Source of the DNA: a virus
Lineage: Duplodnaviria > Heunggongvirae > Uroviricota > Caudoviricetes
Virus record (IMG/VR): IMGVR_UViG_3300028840_001821
Direction: 5' to 3' (one strand)
DNA: 64,000 nt
The notes under the pieces were generated by a model. The model had not been told where the DNA came from. It did no database searches and worked only from the letters and a program-made list of their open reading frames with translations. A program made the position numbers and the translations under genes. Of the stretch, positions 47,650 to 57,776 are shown piece after piece (position 1 is the stretch's first letter; each line of letters begins with the position of its first letter).

Positions 47650-48209
47650 TCATGGGGCGATTTGATATCTATAAACCGAATGGCAATTATCCTAACCGTC
47701 GAGGCGCAGCATTTCAGTTTGAAATCGGTGAGAAGAAGAACAGCGGCAAGAAGCTGCCGACTCCCTGTATCTTTGTCACCGCAGCGCCGCAGACCAAGGC
47801 AAAGCCTGCCAAGGGCGCGAAGGACTCTGCGTTTGTCTGGGTTGTCGAAGGCGGAAAACCTCACCCGGAGACGATTCGCATTTGTTTGGATCTCGTAGAT
47901 CTTTCTCAGATGCTCGTCATGCTGGAGGGGTATCACAAGGACGCCAAGGGCAACCGAATCGATGAGGTTCAGATTGTTCACCAGTATCAGCCCGCAGGTG
48001 CGGACGAGAAAATGACCAAGGATCTGACACTCGACAATAGTGACAAGACCAAGGACACCATCCTATCGATGTCTCAGAACACCGGTAAGGGTCACAATAA
48101 GGTTATGACGTATCTCAAGCCGCATGAGAAGATCGCTCTGCGTGAGATCGTTCGTGTTACTATGAGCAAGTACTTCGCTGCTCAGACGTTTGTGAGGAAA
48201 ACTGACTAA
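47646..48209 (+). CDS. Hypothetical protein, 187 aa
   Basis: 4-nt overlap upstream and TAATG overlap downstream. Confidence 0.6.
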   Translation: MIMGRFDIYKPNGNYPNRRGAAFQFEIGEKKNSGKKLPTPCIFVTAAPQTKAKPAKGAKDSAFVWVVEGGKPHPETIRICLDLVDLSQMLVMLEGYHKDAKGNRIDEVQIVHQYQPAGADEKMTKDLTLDNSDKTKDTILSMSQNTGKGHNKVMTYLKPHEKIALREIVRVTMSKYFAAQTFVRKTD

Positions 48210-48655
48210 TGACGATCAAGGTCAAGAAGCTGCGTCCCGAGGCGAAGTTACCGTCTCGGGCGTACGACACCCCGCTGGGGTATGATATCTACTTCTGCCC
48301 TAAAGATGGTAAGGCTATTACCCTGTGGAACGATATGGGTCCCCAGGAATTTCAGACTGGCATTGCCATCGAGCCGCCGCCCGGCTACGGCTTCATTGTC
48401 AAGGAGCGCGGCAGCATGGGGACGAAGGGAATTGCGGTTCGTGCCGGTGTGGTCGATGAAGATTGGCGCGGTGAGGTTATCGTGTGGATGCAACTCCTTG
48501 CCGGTAATCAGTCGATGCCTCGTCATAAGATCGAGCCCGGTGACAAGATCGCGCAGTTCATTCTAATTCCAACGCCGACACACGACGTAAAGGAAGTGGA
48601 TGAGCTATCCGATACCGAGCGCGGCACTCAGTGCCTTGGGAGTTCTGGAAAATGA
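48209..48655 (+). CDS. dut: Trimeric dUTPase
   Basis: GYDIY; TGIAIE; ERGS; GVVDEDWRGEV; GDKIAQ; TERG...GSSG. Confidence 0.93.
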   Translation: MTIKVKKLRPEAKLPSRAYDTPLGYDIYFCPKDGKAITLWNDMGPQEFQTGIAIEPPPGYGFIVKERGSMGTKGIAVRAGVVDEDWRGEVIVWMQLLAGNQSMPRHKIEPGDKIAQFILIPTPTHDVKEVDELSDTERGTQCLGSSGK

Positions 48656-48933
48656 CCTATAAGGGCGACGAACTTAAGTTCTATGATTGCCCTGAGTGTG
48701 GAAAACGGAGGTTGCTCTGGAAGAAGGAGCAGCCTCCTCGCTCTACATTAGTGAGACGTACTTATTACGGGGTGGTCATCAAAGAACACAGTGTAATATG
48801 TAACAACTGCCACAAGAAGTACTCACGACGCCGAAGAGAGATCGAACGAGAGCACTACAGACAGCTAAAGGAAGAGCAACGTGGCGACGATAAAGCACAA
48901 ACCATTCTGGACGACGGAGAGGCGAAGCCATAA
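48652..48933 (+). CDS. Small Zn-ribbon protein
   Basis: CPECG...CNNC; ATGA overlap with dut. Confidence 0.55.
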   Translation: MTYKGDELKFYDCPECGKRRLLWKKEQPPRSTLVRRTYYGVVIKEHSVICNNCHKKYSRRRREIEREHYRQLKEEQRGDDKAQTILDDGEAKP

Positions 48934-50095
48934 CGCATTCGGCTTTCCACGAGACGAAGTGGATATTGCAATCATTGGTGGCGGGCTTAAAGGGCTCGCC
49001 ACAATGTACTTTTTAAGCCAGTATAACCTGCGCTGCATCATACTGGAGCGCGGAACACTTGGCTGCGGAGAGTCGTCTCGTAACATCGGCGCGGTCTGCA
49101 CCGTGCCCGACTGCTCTCCGAACACGCATAGCGAGGACGTTATTATTGAGCGTGTCCGGCTGGCTGAGAAGAGCCGGGACATGCTGAAAGAGTTGATCCA
49201 TGAGATTAGCTACGACGCGGATCTCGTATGCAACGGCGGCGTGCATCTCGCCGCGAATGAGACACAGGTTGCCCAGCTAGAGGTCCTTCATGGGCTACTA
49301 GTCAAGAATGGCATTGTTTGCGACGAACTCGATCACAAGCAAGTAGCCGACCTTGTGGCTGGCAAGTTTACAGCAGGACTATATTACCCGGGTGAGGCAA
49401 CGATCAACCCGAGTAAGCTACTCGACCTACTTATTGCGATCAACGGAACGTTCGTCAACAACTCGGCGGTCGAGTATTTCACCGTAGATCATATCGAGGA
49501 AACTGACGACGGTGTAGATATCATGTCGGATGAGGGTATGCTGGTTAAGGCTCGCACAGCCGTCATCTGCACTGACAATCTCACGCATTTTTACACGGAC
49601 CCAGCCGAACTGTTCGGACCCGAGACTGCCAGCCTATGCTTCACGACCTCTCCCATCGAAAAGGTGGCGGGTAAGATCCCGATGACCGCACGCACGGTCA
49701 CCGGCATCCAGGCGTGGTCTATTCAGGATGGACGTCTCATCTATTCGTTTAGAGGGCGTCCCACACAGGGCGGTAACTTCGGATACAATGACGACGATAT
49801 CCGTAAGGCTCAGAGATTTCTGACCCAATACGTGCCATTCAGTAAAGGACACTATTACCAAGAGTACATTTGGTCTTCTAATTACAGGAAGCCAATGAGT
49901 CTCCTACCCTTCACTCGACTTGCTCCTGGCAGTAACAAGGTGGTATTGAACGCCGGTTATGGATACAGCGTGCTTGATCTCTTTCTCGCAGGGGCGGAGA
50001 GGGCTGCGAAGCGCGTGAAGGATGTATTAACACAAGAGTCCCTTGGGGGTGTAGAAGGTGCTGAACCCGCTCCAGCTAGAGATCCTGAAGAGTAG
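48881..50095 (+). CDS. FAD-dependent oxidoreductase (DAO/PuuB-like)
   Basis: IAIIGGGLKG; ILERG...GESSRNIG; INPSK; NAGYG. Confidence 0.85.
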   Translation: MATIKHKPFWTTERRSHNAFGFPRDEVDIAIIGGGLKGLATMYFLSQYNLRCIILERGTLGCGESSRNIGAVCTVPDCSPNTHSEDVIIERVRLAEKSRDMLKELIHEISYDADLVCNGGVHLAANETQVAQLEVLHGLLVKNGIVCDELDHKQVADLVAGKFTAGLYYPGEATINPSKLLDLLIAINGTFVNNSAVEYFTVDHIEETDDGVDIMSDEGMLVKARTAVICTDNLTHFYTDPAELFGPETASLCFTTSPIEKVAGKIPMTARTVTGIQAWSIQDGRLIYSFRGRPTQGGNFGYNDDDIRKAQRFLTQYVPFSKGHYYQEYIWSSNYRKPMSLLPFTRLAPGSNKVVLNAGYGYSVLDLFLAGAERAAKRVKDVLTQESLGGVEGAEPAPARDPEE

Positions 50096-51977
50096 GTATG
50101 CTTTACCTACTGAAAATACATGGGAAGATGTAGTCAATCGAGTTGTTCAATGGGTAGTCAATGTTGAGTCGCCGGATAAGCAGCAAGAAGTCGCCGAGCA
50201 GTTCCACGAAGTCATGGATGATATGCTCTTCGTGCCCGGTGGTCGCGTGCTATATGGTGCGGGACGGAGTCGTCCCCAACTACTGAATTGTTTTGCGTTC
50301 CAGGTAGAAGACAACGCACAATCAATCGGCAAACTACTCCATGACGTATATATTACGTCGGTCAATTTCGGTGGCTGTGGTATCAACTACTCGCGTATTC
50401 GACCGAAGGGCGATGCTCTTCAGGGTATGCACGGTCAAGCGCCCGGCGTCATCAGCGAGATGCGCAAGATCGACTGTATTGGTAATGAGGTAAAGGCTGG
50501 TGGGGCGCGTAGAGCCGCGCTGATTGGTCTTCTGCACATTAGCCATCCAGATGTTCTTGAGTTCTTGAAGGTGAAGCTGGATCTTGGCGAGCTAACGAAC
50601 CACAACATCTCGATCATCATCAATGACGAGTTCTTGAAGGCTGCGAAACAGAAAAAGCCGTGGGTGTTCAAGTTCTCGGGTCGTGAGTATAGACTATATA
50701 AGGTGCGTCGCACGGGCTACCGCAATGAGGAAAGCGGCTGGAAGCGCCGGTCAGATGAAATCGAGGTCATTGCTACTGACAAGAAGGACGCCGTCATTCG
50801 GGCTGACGTTCACTATCGTATCGATGAGTCAGACAAGTTCACGGCGCTATCGGAGCGCGAGATCGGTGCGCATGAGATCCTGGAGATTCTGGCAGAGAAC
50901 GCTCATAAGTCAGGAGAACCCGGCATCATCAATGAAGACCTGATCAAGCGTAACTTTACGACGTGGTACTTTGAGAAGTTCGCTTCGGTGAACCCATGCA
51001 CGGAGGCTCTACTGCCGAACCTGGGCAATTGTTGCCTCGGCTCTGTCAACCTCCTGAAGATGTATGACCCGAAGACCAACGACGTCAACTGGAAGCTGTT
51101 GGCGAAGGCTATCCGCGCCGGTGTACGATTCTTGGACAACGTGTTGACCGTGAATCAATACCCGCTGGACGAGATGCGTGCGGTGTCACACAACTCGCGG
51201 CGTATTGGTCTTGGCGTTATGGGCTTAGCGCACTTACTCATTAAAATGGGGATGCGTTACGGCTCGGATCAGTCGCTTGAGTTTGTGGATCGTCTGATGA
51301 AGACCATCCGCGACGAGTCGTTCAGGGCGTCTATCAGGTTGGCGAAAGAGAAGGGTGCATTCGAGCGGTTTGATCCTGATCGTCACTTCGACTGTGACTT
51401 CATCCAGGCGTTGCCGCCGGACGTGCAGGAAGAGATCGAAGAGCACGGCATTCGTAATGCGGTGATCCTCTCGATCGCACCGACTGGCACGATCAGCATG
51501 TTGGCTGGTTGTTCCAGCGGTATTGAGCCGATCTTTGCCGCAGCGTTCAAGCGTCGTTTCAGGAAGGACGGCACTATCGTAGAACGCATCGTGATTGACC
51601 CGTTGTTCAAGGAATTGTTCCGCGCAGAAGCAGACACGGTTAACTGTGTCGGCGCTCATCAGGTGTCCGCCGAGGAACACATGAAGATGATCGCCCGCGT
51701 GCAGCAGTGGATTGATCAGTCGATCTCGAAGACAACGAACGTCGCTGAGAATACGACCCCCGAGAGCATCGCTCGGTACATCCTAAAGTACGGGAAGCAT
51801 ATCAAGGGGTGGACAATCTACCGCGAAGGAAGTAGGGACTTTGGAGGGGGCGGAGCGCCCCTGGAGTCGATCAACGTCCACGATATGGACGAAGACGAAG
51901 TAAAACAGTTGATCCAACTCGCTGAGGAGGGCTCGGGTCAGGAAAGGTCTTGCAAGAATGGAAGCTGCGACGTATAG
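50058..51977 (+). CDS. nrdJ: Ribonucleotide reductase, class II (adenosylcobalamin-dependent)
   Basis: PGGRVL; LLNCF; GGARRAA; NPCTE; CCLGSVNL; RRIGLGVMG; IAPTGTIS; DQSISKT; CKNGSC C-terminus; no small subunit adjacent. Confidence 0.9.
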   Translation: MLNPLQLEILKSRYALPTENTWEDVVNRVVQWVVNVESPDKQQEVAEQFHEVMDDMLFVPGGRVLYGAGRSRPQLLNCFAFQVEDNAQSIGKLLHDVYITSVNFGGCGINYSRIRPKGDALQGMHGQAPGVISEMRKIDCIGNEVKAGGARRAALIGLLHISHPDVLEFLKVKLDLGELTNHNISIIINDEFLKAAKQKKPWVFKFSGREYRLYKVRRTGYRNEESGWKRRSDEIEVIATDKKDAVIRADVHYRIDESDKFTALSEREIGAHEILEILAENAHKSGEPGIINEDLIKRNFTTWYFEKFASVNPCTEALLPNLGNCCLGSVNLLKMYDPKTNDVNWKLLAKAIRAGVRFLDNVLTVNQYPLDEMRAVSHNSRRIGLGVMGLAHLLIKMGMRYGSDQSLEFVDRLMKTIRDESFRASIRLAKEKGAFERFDPDRHFDCDFIQALPPDVQEEIEEHGIRNAVILSIAPTGTISMLAGCSSGIEPIFAAAFKRRFRKDGTIVERIVIDPLFKELFRAEADTVNCVGAHQVSAEEHMKMIARVQQWIDQSISKTTNVAENTTPESIARYILKYGKHIKGWTIYREGSRDFGGGGAPLESINVHDMDEDEVKQLIQLAEEGSGQERSCKNGSCDV

Positions 51978-52578
51978 TCAATTAGTGCCAGTCTTAGGAA
52001 TTGTTGCCACCGTTATCATTGTCAGTCTTGGCGTCGCTGTGTACCATCTCCGACGTAATCTCGATCGTCGTGACGTTATGGTTGCTATGCTTAAAGAGCA
52101 CAAAGCAGAGATGAAGCAGGCTCAGCAGGAGGCTGAAGAATCATACGCACGGAAGCTACGTAAACTCCTTGAGCGTAGCCAGAAAGAAATGACCGAGAAG
52201 GCTGATTACTACGAGAAGGAGCTACGCGGTGAGAAGGAAAAGAGCCGCCGGTATCTGGCAGACCGTAAGAGCAGCGAGGTCCGCACCGGGCATATTCTGG
52301 AGAAGGTTGCCCCGCTGTTCGAAGACTTCCCCGGCGACATTATTGAAGACAACGTAATCCCCGTGTTCAAGACGTTCGACTACCTCGTGATCAAGGATGA
52401 CGAGATCATTCTGGTCGAGGTTAAGAGCGGCAATGCGGGTCTATCAACGCGCCAGAAGAAGGTCAAGAAGTTAGTGGAAGCAGGCAAGGTTTCCTTTAGG
52501 ACGTTCCGCAAGCGTGGAACCAACGGAGATAGTGATGGCAGAAAAAAAGACCAGGAAGACCCCGGGGGACAAGTTTGA
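51958..52578 (+). CDS. Membrane-anchored Holliday-junction-resolvase-like endonuclease (Endonuc_Holl type)
   Basis: N-terminal TM segment and coiled coil; SEVRTGHILEKVAP; FDYLV...VEVKSG..GLS.RQ. Confidence 0.75.
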   Translation: MEAATYSQLVPVLGIVATVIIVSLGVAVYHLRRNLDRRDVMVAMLKEHKAEMKQAQQEAEESYARKLRKLLERSQKEMTEKADYYEKELRGEKEKSRRYLADRKSSEVRTGHILEKVAPLFEDFPGDIIEDNVIPVFKTFDYLVIKDDEIILVEVKSGNAGLSTRQKKVKKLVEAGKVSFRTFRKRGTNGDSDGRKKDQEDPGGQV

Positions 52579-53170
52579 TATCTTCGTATTCGATACGGAG
52601 ACCACGGGACTTGACCTGCGAGCAGAGATTATTGAGTTCGGCGGCGTGCTGCTGGACGGTAATACCCTTGAAGAGAAGGATAGTATCCACACTCTCATCG
52701 CACCCTCGGCTCCAGAGGTTCTGGAGACGGTAGATGCCAAGCAAGCGTTGGCTATGAACCACCTTGCTGCTCGTAAGGCAGAGGTCCTCGCGGCTCCGTC
52801 GTTCTACGAGTTCTGTCAGGAATGGATTAAGATGAAGGAGCGCCACAATAAGCAGTGGATTCCTTCCGGCTACAATATCGGTGGGTTTGATATTCCCAAG
52901 CTGAAGTTCAAGTTCCACCAGATCCGTGCGATGATGCCGACCTTCACCCTCGGACAGTTTTTTCATTACCACTGGTTGGACATGATGGCTGTCTACATCT
53001 CGAAGAACTGGTTCGCAAATCATTCGGCTCACGTGACGCTGAAGGCTGCGCTCAAGACCTACGGGATTGACAACAAGAAGGCGCACTGTGCGATTGAAGA
53101 CGCCCGTGCGACGGCTGAGTTGGTGCGTGTGATTATGAAAGGTGAGCGCGATGGATCGGCGAGATCGTGA
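52535..53170 (+). CDS. DEDDh 3'-5' exonuclease (DnaQ/epsilon-like)
   Basis: VFDTETTGL...EIIE; GYNIGGFD; AHCAIEDA. Confidence 0.9.
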   Translation: MAEKKTRKTPGDKFDIFVFDTETTGLDLRAEIIEFGGVLLDGNTLEEKDSIHTLIAPSAPEVLETVDAKQALAMNHLAARKAEVLAAPSFYEFCQEWIKMKERHNKQWIPSGYNIGGFDIPKLKFKFHQIRAMMPTFTLGQFFHYHWLDMMAVYISKNWFANHSAHVTLKAALKTYGIDNKKAHCAIEDARATAELVRVIMKGERDGSARS

Positions 53171-53831
53171 CGAGAAGTTTTGGGACGAGAAGCATAGCGA
53201 CGACACATACTTTCCGTGTGGCGTCGATTACGGTGGTGAGCTACGTCGTCACTACGACGACGAGGAGGCACAACTACGCCTTGGCTTGACGCCGACCGGT
53301 CTGGACGGTCGCTTCCTTGATCTGCGCAAGAAGGGGAAGGCGTGGAGCATCCTAGACCTGGGCGCTGGCTATGGAGACTTCGGCGCGTATCTCGCACCCC
53401 ACGTCAGGACGTATGTGGGAGTCGATATCTCCAAGGTGATCGTGGACAAGGGGAATGCCGCGATCCGTGAGGCGGGCATCAAGAATATGTTCATGTTGCA
53501 AGCGCAGAATGGAACCCTCGACTGCCTGCGTGACAGGGATTTTGACCTCGTCTTTAGTACTGGCGTGTTCATTCACATCGCGCAGTATCAGGCGCGGGCA
53601 TACTTGAAAGAGTTGCCGCGTATTCTAAAGCCGGATGGTAGGTTCGTGATTCACATCAATATGGGGCTTGGAAACAACACCCTTCATGATGATCGCACGG
53701 TCCAGCTATATTCGGAAGATGGGTATGAGGCTCTGTTCAAGGACACCGGGCTTAAGATCCTTGAGACGTGGGACCAAGCACCCTTCCGTGCTCACTGCTT
53801 TGCCCGTCAGATCTATGGTAAGAAAGCGTAG
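53151..53831 (+). CDS. Class I SAM-dependent methyltransferase
   Basis: ILDLGAGYG; VGVDIS; FDLVFS..VFIH; LKPDG. Confidence 0.9.
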   Translation: MDRRDRDEKFWDEKHSDDTYFPCGVDYGGELRRHYDDEEAQLRLGLTPTGLDGRFLDLRKKGKAWSILDLGAGYGDFGAYLAPHVRTYVGVDISKVIVDKGNAAIREAGIKNMFMLQAQNGTLDCLRDRDFDLVFSTGVFIHIAQYQARAYLKELPRILKPDGRFVIHINMGLGNNTLHDDRTVQLYSEDGYEALFKDTGLKILETWDQAPFRAHCFARQIYGKKA

Positions 53832-53833
53832 TA

Positions 53834-54931
53834 ATGGATCGCAATATCGTACATAAGTTAACGTATGACGACGTTCTACTGAAGCCGCGATTCTCTACCA
53901 TTAGATCTAGGAGTGACGTCTCTCTGGACACTGAGTTAGGTAACAAGGCTCTTAGAATCCCAATCGTATCCGCCAATATGGATACCGTCACCGGATACCC
54001 TATGGTCCTAGCAATGGACGAGATGGGTGGGATGGGAATCTTGCACCGGTTCATGAATCCAGACGACGTGATTCACAGCATCGAGACGCTGCGCCGGGGC
54101 GACACACGACCCCCGCCGCAGCACGTGGCGGCGTCTATCGGCGTCAACGAGTCCGCCGTGAAGCGTGCGCGGGAGTATGTCCAGGCGGGCGCGGACGTGA
54201 TCTGTGTCGATATCGCGCATGGATTCTGCCAGGCAATGCAAGAGACCCTGGAGGGTCTGAGAGAAGAGATCCGAATCTGCGGATACGACTATGTAACAGT
54301 CATTGCGGGTAATACGTCCACATACGAGGCTACGCTGGCTCTCCTGGAGTGGGGAGCGGACGTGGTGAAGGTTGGGGTAGGTCCCGGGAGCCTGTGCTCA
54401 ACGCGGATGATGGCGGGCGTGGGAGTGCCCCAGCTTTCTGCTGTTATGAGCGCAAAGGCGGCTGTGGATCGCTTCAATCTCGACCATCGATTCGGGGATC
54501 GTCAGCGCGGATCGATCATTGCAGACGGCGGTATCCGCCACAGCGGGGATATCGTAAAGGCTCTTGCTGCGGGCGCAGACGCGGTGATGATCGGCTCTCT
54601 GTTCGCTGGCTGCGACGAGGCTCCTGGTGGCACCATCGACGGCAAGTTCAAGAAATATCGTGGTATGGCATCTGTGGACGCCCAAAAAGATTGGAAGGGT
54701 GGTCAGAAGGATGAAGACTATCACGAAGAAGGAGAGGTCAAGCTGGTTCCTTGTAAGGGATCGGTGAAGCCTATTGTTAAGAAGCTGTGTAACGGCATCC
54801 AGTCTGGTTGTGCATATATGGACGCCAGGACTCTGCGTGAGTTGCGCCGGAACTCAGTTCATCGTTTCGTGCGTGTGACGCCTCTCGGCTATGGAGAGAA
54901 CACGCCTCACCTACTCGACCGCGAGGGGTAA
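53834..54931 (+). CDS. guaB: IMP dehydrogenase / GMP reductase family protein, lacking CBS domains
   Basis: [10 protein letters not shown]; SANMDTVT; DIAHG; [13 protein letters not shown]; [18 protein letters not shown]; YRGMAS. IMPDH versus GMPR not resolved. Confidence 0.85.
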   Translation: MDRNIVHKLTYDDVLLKPRFSTIRSRSDVSLDTELGNKALRIPIVSANMDTVTGYPMVLAMDEMGGMGILHRFMNPDDVIHSIETLRRGDTRPPPQHVAASIGVNESAVKRAREYVQAGADVICVDIAHGFCQAMQETLEGLREEIRICGYDYVTVIAGNTSTYEATLALLEWGADVVKVGVGPGSLCSTRMMAGVGVPQLSAVMSAKAAVDRFNLDHRFGDRQRGSIIADGGIRHSGDIVKALAAGADAVMIGSLFAGCDEAPGGTIDGKFKKYRGMASVDAQKDWKGGQKDEDYHEEGEVKLVPCKGSVKPIVKKLCNGIQSGCAYMDARTLRELRRNSVHRFVRVTPLGYGENTPHLLDREG

Positions 54932-55104
54932 TGTCTACTTGGTGGCTGTCTTGTAGTAAGTTCACAATCTGTGTGACTGTTGACGATGACCACATTATTA
55001 CCGAGGCTGCCCCCATCGCTCGGAAGTTTGTCGGACAACCGGCGGCGAACCTGAAGCGGTGGATGCAGAAACTAGGTAGCTACCGAGCTTGTAGGATTGG
55101 ATAG
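54931..55104 (+). CDS. Small hypothetical protein, 57 aa ([12 protein letters not shown]...), below the ORF-track cutoff
   Basis: TAATG overlap with the guaB stop; open to TAG 55102-55104; exactly fills the gap before the next gene. Confidence 0.6.
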   Translation: MSTWWLSCSKFTICVTVDDDHIITEAAPIARKFVGQPAANLKRWMQKLGSYRACRIG

Positions 55105-55106
55105 TT

Positions 55107-55592
55107 ATGGCTAGTAAGTCTCAGAGTGACAAGGTCGCTGAATGTAGGCGTGATACGCGCAAGCATATCAATGTTGTGCGTGCCTATATGGCTATGATCA
55201 TTGACGCCCTTGAGCGGAGGGCATATGAACATGATATGTCCAAGCTTGACTCCCCGGAAATTGAAGTCTTTGCTGAGGTTGCGCCGCTGCTGGCGAAGCT
55301 GAAGTTTGAGTCGAAAGAATACAAGGAGAGTCTGGAGAAACTCGCGCCTGCGCTTGACCATCACTACGCAAAGAACCGCCACCATCCGGAGCACTTCCCG
55401 AACGGTATCGAGGGGATGAACCTCGTTGACCTAATTGAAATGTTCTGTGACTGGAAGGCGTCGTCTGAGCGTCAGCACGACGGCAACTTGCTTAAGTCTA
55501 TTGAGGCGGCGGCAAAGCGGTTCAAACTACCACCGGCGCTGGTGGCAATTCTCAAGAACACGGTAGACCTATTTGAGAACGCGAAGGAATAG
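55107..55592 (+). CDS. DUF5662-like His/Asp-rich phage protein
   Basis: HDMSKL; HHYAKNRHHPEH; DLIEMFCDW. Confidence 0.75.
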   Translation: MASKSQSDKVAECRRDTRKHINVVRAYMAMIIDALERRAYEHDMSKLDSPEIEVFAEVAPLLAKLKFESKEYKESLEKLAPALDHHYAKNRHHPEHFPNGIEGMNLVDLIEMFCDWKASSERQHDGNLLKSIEAAAKRFKLPPALVAILKNTVDLFENAKE

Positions 55593-55596
55593 TATC

Positions 55597-55815
55597 ATGG
55601 GAAGTAAGGTTGAGTTTTTTGACATGAAGAATCTGAAAAGTCTTGGCGTGAAGACTTTGCAAGAGGTCCCTCAGCGCGGAGACTATGTGATTCTGCCGGG
55701 CGATCCCGCCGAGCGATATCAAGTGTCATCGGTTAATTATGATTACCGCACTAACCAACAGGATTTTGTCATCTATGTTGTACCGAAGAAGCTATTAGTG
55801 GAGAAGGTGACGTGA
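55597..55815 (+). CDS. Small hypothetical protein
   Basis: ATG 55597 within ORF 55573..55815. Confidence 0.5.
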   Translation: MGSKVEFFDMKNLKSLGVKTLQEVPQRGDYVILPGDPAERYQVSSVNYDYRTNQQDFVIYVVPKKLLVEKVT

Positions 55816-56063
55816 GTCCATATATTCCTAAAGAACGCAGAAGAGAGCTAGACGGGCTGATCGACGAGTTAGGTGGAGAGCTTGAGTTCAATGGGGACCT
55901 GAATTATGTATTATTCGCGTTGTGTCGCCGCTGGGTGAAGCCCTCCTATAACAACTACAAGAACTTCCTGGGCGAGTTAACCGAGGCGGCTGAGGAAATT
56001 CGCCGCAGGATTCTCGCCGAGTATGAGGATGAAAAGATCCGGGGGTGTGGTGACGTATGGTAG
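55812..56063 (+). CDS. Small conserved phage protein (MSPYIP...GDLNY...YEDEKI..GDV)
   Basis: 4-nt overlap; recognisable small phage protein pattern. Confidence 0.6.
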   Translation: MSPYIPKERRRELDGLIDELGGELEFNGDLNYVLFALCRRWVKPSYNNYKNFLGELTEAAEEIRRRILAEYEDEKIRGCGDVW

Positions 56064-56251
56064 AAGTAGGACAGACAATTGTTGTGATTGGTAAACAGAA
56101 CTACGGGGCGGTTACCCTCACCGACGGTCAGACCGGCACGGTTGACAAGGTGGGCGAGGGTTACTTCTATGCATCGTTCGACGTGGGCGCGGAGGAACCC
56201 TTCCGTATTGACTACGAGGACGACGAGGAAGGAGTGATGTGGCGTGTTTAG
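56057..56251 (+). CDS. Small hypothetical protein (SH3-like beta barrel?)
   Basis: 64 aa, overlapping starts and stops with neighbours. Confidence 0.5.
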   Translation: MVEVGQTIVVIGKQNYGAVTLTDGQTGTVDKVGEGYFYASFDVGAEEPFRIDYEDDEEGVMWRV

Positions 56252-56450
56252 TTCAACCCTGAAGGTCACGTTTGTTGATCTTGTATCTAAGGAGAAGGTG
56301 GGGACGTCTTCTTTCGGTCTTATTGAGTCGCTTTTGTTAGTCAACGGCGCGTACGTAGAGTTCAAGGGTAATTTTTACGCCGTGAAGCGCATCCTCCGGC
56401 GTCGTCGTGGCTGGGAAGCACAAGTTGTTAAGGCGTCAAAGAAGCTGTAA
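56244..56450 (+). CDS. Small hypothetical protein
   Basis: 68 aa, packed in the operon. Confidence 0.45.
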   Translation: MFSSTLKVTFVDLVSKEKVGTSSFGLIESLLLVNGAYVEFKGNFYAVKRILRRRRGWEAQVVKASKKL

Positions 56451-56451
56451 T

Positions 56452-57027
56452 ATGGGTACTATTAGCGGTCCAGTGACGCGCACAGATTTGATCAACTTCT
56501 ACATCCGTGAGCGCGGCTACAAAAGTTTCCTAGAGTTGGGAACTCTCTTGGGTGAGAACCATACCCAGGTGGTATGCGAGAAGAAGGTCGGCGTTGATAG
56601 CGGCGACTATCCGTTCAAGCAGACTTATAAGATGACGACAGATGAGTTCTTCGCACAGAATGAGGAGACGTTTGACGTAATCTTTATCGACGCGTGTCAT
56701 GAACACAGCTTCGTGCATAGGGATATCTGTAACGCCCTCAAGTGTCTGAACGACGGTGGCGTGATCCTCTGTCATGACTGTAGCCCGCCGCACGCACAGT
56801 ATGAGGGTCCGGAGCACTGCTGGACTGCGTGGCGTGCTTTCGTGCAACACCGGGTGGTGTCCTCGTTTCTGATGTTCTGTTACGACAGCGACTATGGGGT
56901 GGGTATCCTTGATACGACGCAACTCGCTCCAGACGAGCAGCACATCAGGCTTCGTCCCCTCACATACGACTATCTTAACCAGAACCGCAAGCTTCTCTTA
57001 GGCTTGGTAGAGGAAATTACACTGTGA
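56452..57027 (+). CDS. Class I SAM-dependent methyltransferase (Methyltransf_24-like)
   Basis: FLELGT; VGVD; FDVIFIDACH; GGVILCHDC. Confidence 0.85.
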   Translation: MGTISGPVTRTDLINFYIRERGYKSFLELGTLLGENHTQVVCEKKVGVDSGDYPFKQTYKMTTDEFFAQNEETFDVIFIDACHEHSFVHRDICNALKCLNDGGVILCHDCSPPHAQYEGPEHCWTAWRAFVQHRVVSSFLMFCYDSDYGVGILDTTQLAPDEQHIRLRPLTYDYLNQNRKLLLGLVEEITL

Positions 57028-57776
57028 TTGAGATAGCATTCCCCACTCGCAATAGACCACGCGAGGTCCGGAATACATTAGAGTCACTATTTGGTACTCT
57101 ACCCCCGGGTGCGCACGTGCCTATTCACGTGATTCACGACGACCCGCCAGAGGAACTCGGGCAAGAGAGCATGGACGTGGTGGCGAGCCTACTACGCCCT
57201 TACGATAGACAGATCATCAACCAGGATAAGTCCTCCCTCACCCAATTATGGAATCAATGCATACTCAGCACCCGGTCCGATTGGGTGCTGATCGCATCAG
57301 ACGATATTAAGTTCCAGCCAGGGTGGTATGAGTATCTGAAGGAGCAGACGGAATCTGGCAAGTGGCTCCAGGTAATGATGATGTCGTTTTGTGCGTTCTG
57401 CGTTCACAAGAGTATGGTGCTGCACATCGGGTGGTTCGACGAGCGATTCCGGGGCGGCTACTACGAAGACAACGACTGGCAGCTTCGAGTGGCAGAGTCC
57501 AAGCTGAAACACAGGGTGGATTACAGCAGGAATGAACAGCTAATCCATAATCGTCCGACCACCACCCATAAGTGGCACTGTGTCAACAACCATCACTGGA
57601 TTCAGGAGAAGTGGCACAATATTTACGACTGGACGCGTCCTTCATTTCGTCAGGTGGGCGAGGAGAAGCTTTACCCCCTCGTCACGGCGGGCTATGAGAT
57701 CGACTACGGTATGAAGTCGCGCATCCCGATCATCAACTCTACGATGGTTAAGAACGGAGTGGGAGTATTTCAATAA
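57024..57776 (+). CDS. GT2 glycosyltransferase
   Basis: IAFPTRNR; WNQCI; IASDDI; [15 protein letters not shown]. Confidence 0.85.
   Translation: MIEIAFPTRNRPREVRNTLESLFGTLPPGAHVPIHVIHDDPPEELGQESMDVVASLLRPYDRQIINQDKSSLTQLWNQCILSTRSDWVLIASDDIKFQPGWYEYLKEQTESGKWLQVMMMSFCAFCVHKSMVLHIGWFDERFRGGYYEDNDWQLRVAESKLKHRVDYSRNEQLIHNRPTTTHKWHCVNNHHWIQEKWHNIYDWTRPSFRQVGEEKLYPLVTAGYEIDYGMKSRIPIINSTMVKNGVGVFQ

Noticed and set aside
52496-53206. Long antisense and alternate-frame ORFs (e.g. 52496..53206 -, 35224..35859 -, 57923..58504 -)
   Set aside because: They shadow well-supported genes, lack motifs and RBSs, and are expected from GC-rich third-position bias.
55107-55592. Z-genome or 7-deazaguanine DNA modification system
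   Set aside because: The His/Asp-rich ORF is DUF5662-like; no PurZ, MazZ, DpdA, FolE or QueC/D/E is recognisable in the window.
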